In this document: in pieces, positions 34,525 through 37,863 of the stretch
Layout of the letters: each line of letters opens with the position of its first letter
Numbering within the stretch: position 1 is the first letter of the stretch
Virus record (IMG/VR): IMGVR_UViG_3300032295_001490
Location: 1 to 37,863 of that record
Origin: a virus
Lineage: Duplodnaviria; Caudoviricetes
Strand: one strand, 5' to 3'
DNA: 37,863 nucleotides
Translations under genes and position numbers: made by a program
Notes under the pieces: model-generated
Told to the model about the DNA's origin: nothing
The model's input: the letters and a program-made list of their open reading frames with translations, nothing else
The model's database searches: none

Positions 34525-34749
34525 ATGACCAAGCAATTTGTACAAGTTAGTGCCCACAAAGACAGCAACAATTTTGCACATTGTAGCAACCTGAGCCTCA
34601 TGGCAAACGATGGTTTGTCTGCCGAACAAGCCCTGCGTAAACTGCAGGAGATGGCTGATGAATACGCATTGAACGGGTACACCATTGAGTGGATCCGCAA
34701 TGATTTTGACGCTGTAGAAGAAGAAATGTACGGTGATTTGTTCGCCTAA
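34525..34749 (+). CDS. hypothetical early protein
   Basis: ORF between promoter repeats; AAGGA SD. Confidence 0.75.
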   Translation: MTKQFVQVSAHKDSNNFAHCSNLSLMANDGLSAEQALRKLQEMADEYALNGYTIEWIRNDFDAVEEEMYGDLFA

Positions 34750-34815
34750 AAAGGTTGACAATAAATGGATTTGGGTATATAATACATACATAGACAGTTA
34801 ACTAAAGGACACAAA

Positions 34816-34983
34816 ATGCAAATCGCAACAGCAATCAAACATATTGAAAAAGAGTCAAAATTCTTGGGTATGGGTTTCTTGGAAACTATGAAGTTCATCC
34901 AAAAGAATCCTCTTGCACAGCCCCAAAAAACCATTGATGCATACCGTGTTATCATGGCAGAAGGCGCCAAAATGTTTGCCTAA
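34816..34983 (+). CDS. hypothetical early protein (55 aa)
   Basis: Manual ORF MQIATAIKHIEKESKFLGMGFLETMKFIQKNP...MFA; AAGGA SD. Confidence 0.75.
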   Translation: MQIATAIKHIEKESKFLGMGFLETMKFIQKNPLAQPQKTIDAYRVIMAEGAKMFA

Positions 34984-35049
34984 AAAGGTTGACAATAAAT
35001 GGATTTGGGCATATAATAGAATCTTAAACAGTCGAACAAAGGAAACGAA

Positions 35050-35475
35050 ATGGCTTACTTCAATCAAGAACGCAAACAAGAACGTGCTCCAGTTATCAAG
35101 GCTATCCTGAAAAAGTACGGTGTCAAAGGTTCGCTTGCTGTGCGTAATCACAGTACTTTTGTACTGAACATCAAGTCGGGTTCTGTTGACTTTATTGAAA
35201 ACTATATCAAGACCGATGCCGACAAACACTATGGCAACAAAATGGATCAAAATCAAATTGACTATCTCCGCAAAAATAAAGCCATAGATGTTAACCCCTA
35301 TTGGTATCAAGAACACTATTCGGGTAAGGCTCTTTCTTTTTTGAAGGAAGTGTTTACTGCAATGAACAAAGGTAATCACAACAACTCGGACGTTCAAACC
35401 GACTACTTTGATGTGGGTTGGTATGTTGATGTGAACATTGGTTCTTGGAACAAGCCCTACACTGTTTCTAACTAA
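35050..35475 (+). CDS. conserved hypothetical phage protein
   Basis: AAGGA SD; NNSDVQTDYFDVGWY motif. Confidence 0.8.
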   Translation: MAYFNQERKQERAPVIKAILKKYGVKGSLAVRNHSTFVLNIKSGSVDFIENYIKTDADKHYGNKMDQNQIDYLRKNKAIDVNPYWYQEHYSGKALSFLKEVFTAMNKGNHNNSDVQTDYFDVGWYVDVNIGSWNKPYTVSN

Positions 35476-35486
35476 GGAGAAAATTC

Positions 35487-35642
35487 ATGAACACATATAA
35501 AGTAATGGTTAAGTACAAAGACGAACCCGGTGCTGGTTTTAGTTATGTGCATATCAATGCCGACAACCCGTTTGCGGCAATTCAAATGGCAAGGTCCATG
35601 TATGGTCGGTTGCTGATTTCGGAATCTGCGATTCCGGTTTAA
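35487..35642 (+). CDS. hypothetical protein (51 aa)
   Basis: Manual ORF MNTYKVMVKYKDEPGAGFSYVHINADNPFAAIQMARSMYG...; TAAGGAG SD. Confidence 0.7.
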   Translation: MNTYKVMVKYKDEPGAGFSYVHINADNPFAAIQMARSMYGRLLISESAIPV

Positions 35643-35664
35643 TAGAATTCGGGCAAACAAATGG

Positions 35665-35693
35665 TTGACAGTTATTATGCCCGGTGTTATAAT
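35665..35693 (+). promoter_or_regulatory. sigma70 promoter
   Basis: TTGACA-17-TATAAT with extended TG. Confidence 0.85.
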
Positions 35694-35750
35694 AATAACT
35701 GTCGAATGACAAACTTTTATCAACCCTAGTCTAACAGTAAGGAAACTATA

Positions 35751-36149
35751 ATGGCTAATCAAACTTTCAAAGTTGTCGGTATTACTACACATGGCGATTC
35801 TACAAAAATTCGCTTCACAGACGATATGGTTCGCCGTATCAAACAATTCACTAAAGGTGGCGCATCCCGCGTTGACTTCATTGAGTTGCCATCAGAGATG
35901 ACCAAGCTTGAAGCACTCAAGTATATGGCAACTCAACCTGAATTTGCTAGTGCAGGCGATCAGGCAACTATTGCTGATTGCATTGAGGACCGTGTCAAAG
36001 AAGCAAATAAAGGTACTGTCAAGGTTAAGACAACTAAGTCACCTAAGACAACCAAGCCAAGCATCGATGCTATCAAAGCACGTGGTAAGAAAACTAAGGA
36101 AGTGTCCGCAACAGAAACTCTTGCGGAAGTCGAAGACGCTCCTTTTTGA
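35751..36149 (+). CDS. hypothetical protein with Lys-rich tail (possible DNA-binding)
   Basis: TAAGGA SD; ORF track. Confidence 0.75.
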   Translation: MANQTFKVVGITTHGDSTKIRFTDDMVRRIKQFTKGGASRVDFIELPSEMTKLEALKYMATQPEFASAGDQATIADCIEDRVKEANKGTVKVKTTKSPKTTKPSIDAIKARGKKTKEVSATETLAEVEDAPF

Positions 36150-36174
36150 TTACTAGGGCTCAGGCCCTGTTAAT

Positions 36175-36381
36175 ATGAATCTATCTACATTTAGGCGTTC
36201 GTTTAATCCACGTAAAGAGTTTGATCCTGCAAACAAAAAAGATTTGCAAGAGTTTAAGTTCTTTAAGAAAAATGGTAAATGGAAAAACGGTTGTCCATTC
36301 TATTTAGAAGATCCATTCATTGATATTCCGGCAATGTGTGAAAACAAATTCACAAGCTACATGCTAGAAAAAATGAAATAA
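36175..36381 (+). CDS. hypothetical protein
   Basis: ORF track; ends at the terminator. Confidence 0.7.
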   Translation: MNLSTFRRSFNPRKEFDPANKKDLQEFKFFKKNGKWKNGCPFYLEDPFIDIPAMCENKFTSYMLEKMK

Positions 36382-36406
36382 GAAAAGCCCCGAAAGGGGC
36401 TTTTCT
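36381..36406. terminator. bidirectional intrinsic terminator
   Basis: AGAAAAGCCCC-GAAA-GGGGCTTTTCT between convergent genes. Confidence 0.9.
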
Positions 36407-36426
36407 GTTAGTATCTAAATTTTACG

Positions 36427-37176
36427 TTAGAATGGTTTAGTAGCAGTTTGTGTAACTGTACCATTGTTGGTCACAGTTTGTGTACCTGATGTATCTGTAG
36501 TAACTGCCGCACCCAACATCAGATACTTGGTATTAGCCAGGCTAGTTAATGGTGCTATTGGTGCTGTAACTGTGCTACTGGTGCTGTTGTACACAGCCGT
36601 GCCTACTGTAGCACGTAAATTGGTTATGAAACCGGGCCAATAGCCCCCATAGAATTTACCTATGTTGTTACAGACACCCGAGTAATTGAGATTATTGATC
36701 TGTGTGCCACCGCTGATACTGGTGCCGCCTGAGCAACTGGTAGCACGACTGCAAGTTACCAATGAACCGGTGTTGGCAAAGGTGCCCACCCACATGGTTT
36801 CTCTTTGATCGCTGTTGCGATTCAGTATAAAGTATTGCCACTGGTTGACCTGCAAGGTTCCATTTGGGAAAAAATAACTTCTAACACCACCACCACCATA
36901 TGCGTCTAGGCTGAATGACTGAGCATCCAGAGTGAATAAACTTAGGGCATTTGTGGCACCGCTGGGGTGCTGTGGAGCAACCAAAGCTCTTTGAGAGGTA
37001 TAGTTGACATTGTTATAGAACCAACCTTCTATAGTGTAAGCACCAGTACTTAATGCAAAGCCCGGCGACAAACTGAGAAACTGTGTGCTTCCGTTGAACT
37101 GTAGGCTACCTGCAAGAGCAGTGTAACTTACACCACTAGCCACATTATTCATCATGGCCATCATTGCGCCTGCCAT
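36427..37176 (-). CDS. LamG/concanavalin A-like lectin domain protein (tail-fibre associated)
   Basis: GSLQFNG, YTIEGWFY, NQWQY, GFITNLR...G.AVY and T.YL..., ending PF. Confidence 0.78.
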   Translation of the reverse strand: MAGAMMAMMNNVASGVSYTALAGSLQFNGSTQFLSLSPGFALSTGAYTIEGWFYNNVNYTSQRALVAPQHPSGATNALSLFTLDAQSFSLDAYGGGGVRSYFFPNGTLQVNQWQYFILNRNSDQRETMWVGTFANTGSLVTCSRATSCSGGTSISGGTQINNLNYSGVCNNIGKFYGGYWPGFITNLRATVGTAVYNSTSSTVTAPIAPLTSLANTKYLMLGAAVTTDTSGTQTVTNNGTVTQTATKPF

Positions 37177-37862
37177 TATGCTACTCCAGTACCGTTAATG
37201 AACCAAGTATCACTCGCTACTTTCATTAGTGTTGCCATACCATAACCACCAACAACACGATTAGCCGCTGTACTGTTACCTGCCATATACAATGTAACAC
37301 CACTTGCCGCATTAACTAAAATGTTGCCTGCTGCCTGAACAACAATACTGATTGCTGTACCTGTAGTGAATGGAACTGTTGAGTTCAATGGAATAGTCAA
37401 CGTCAAGTTACCAGCAGTAGTTGAGTAGTAATGTTTACCTGCATCGGTTGCAGCCAATGTAACGTTACCTGCAGCCACTTGAGGAATATCTCTGTAACCT
37501 ATTGCAGTGCCGCCACCAGCCGGGCTATTAGCAATATCTACTGATAAGCCTCTTGCAGTTCCACCTTGCTCAAACATTCGCAATGTATTTTGATATGCAT
37601 CAATAGTAATACCACCTGATAGATTACCATTTGGTGGCTGTGTCAATGAAATCTCACCGCCTTCATCACCTGAGGCATGGGCTGATATTAGATATGATCC
37701 AGTGATGTTACCGGTAACATTCAATGTACCAGTGATGTTTGCACCAGTGCCAGTTACTGTCATAGTTGTATTGCCAACTGCCGCTATAGTTACATTACCG
37801 TTTGCTGTTGCGATAGAAACATTACTGTTACCGTTACTAATGTTTGAACTACTACCACCTAA
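37176..37862 (-). CDS. tail fibre protein, C-terminal part (truncated by window end)
   Basis: Frame open to the window edge (ISNGNSNVSIATANGNV...); G/N/T-rich repeats; GYRDIPQ, DAGK and DTWFING.G. Confidence 0.8.
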   Translation of the reverse strand, partial: LGGSSSNISNGNSNVSIATANGNVTIAAVGNTTMTVTGTGANITGTLNVTGNITGSYLISAHASGDEGGEISLTQPPNGNLSGGITIDAYQNTLRMFEQGGTARGLSVDIANSPAGGGTAIGYRDIPQVAAGNVTLAATDAGKHYYSTTAGNLTLTIPLNSTVPFTTGTAISIVVQAAGNILVNAASGVTLYMAGNSTAANRVVGGYGMATLMKVASDTWFINGTGVA

Positions 37863-37863
37863 G

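Larger units (their letters stand above)
34459..35018 (+). repeat. three tandem promoter/RBS repeats
   Basis: 34459-34519 and 34750-34810 match at 60/61 nt; 34739-34784 and 34973-35018 match at 44/46 nt; each has TTGACA-17-TATAAT. Confidence 0.92.

Noticed and set aside
34459-35018. Repeats as a CRISPR array
   Set aside because: The units are promoters plus RBS separated by 170-230 nt ORFs, not 30-40 nt spacers; no cas genes are present.
1-37863. No accepted gene ends in TAG, suggesting possible stop-codon recoding
   Set aside because: No recognisable gene is interrupted by an in-frame TAG and all are full length under code 11; TAG is normally rare in AT-rich phages.

Overview
AT-rich, densely coded fragment of a large (jumbo/T4-like) tailed phage genome, most likely infecting a proteobacterium (weak hints of a betaproteobacterial host). 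Standard genetic code fits all recognisable genes. From left to right: (1) 1-8.9 kb, a metabolic/modification cluster with folE (partial), a TagD-like cytidylyltransferase, an APS-kinase-like/nucleotidyltransferase fusion, queD, a class II aldolase, a DadA-like FAD oxidoreductase, queE, a GT4 glycosyltransferase and a GalE-like epimerase. (2) Two minus-strand putative head-internal proteins, one carrying four 17-bp DNA repeats (CAAGGTGTGGCGGAAGG, encoding QGVAEG) that bracket unrelated in-frame modules ahead of a GP88-like domain. (3) uvsE, a ParB-like/GIY-YIG-like/PD-(D/E)XK-like trio, RNase H, DNA ligase, an SPFH lipoprotein and many small ORFs. (4) A proteostasis block: clpX, hsp20 with a ROSE-like leader, clpS, an SprT-like protease and clpP, plus a ligand-less metallophosphoesterase. 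(5) An array of small genes each behind a near-identical sigma70 promoter repeat whose TTGACA often supplies the stop codon of the preceding gene. (6) Tail-fibre/lectin genes on the minus strand. No tRNA, rRNA, CRISPR array or transposase was seen. All family calls come from motif recognition, not database searches.
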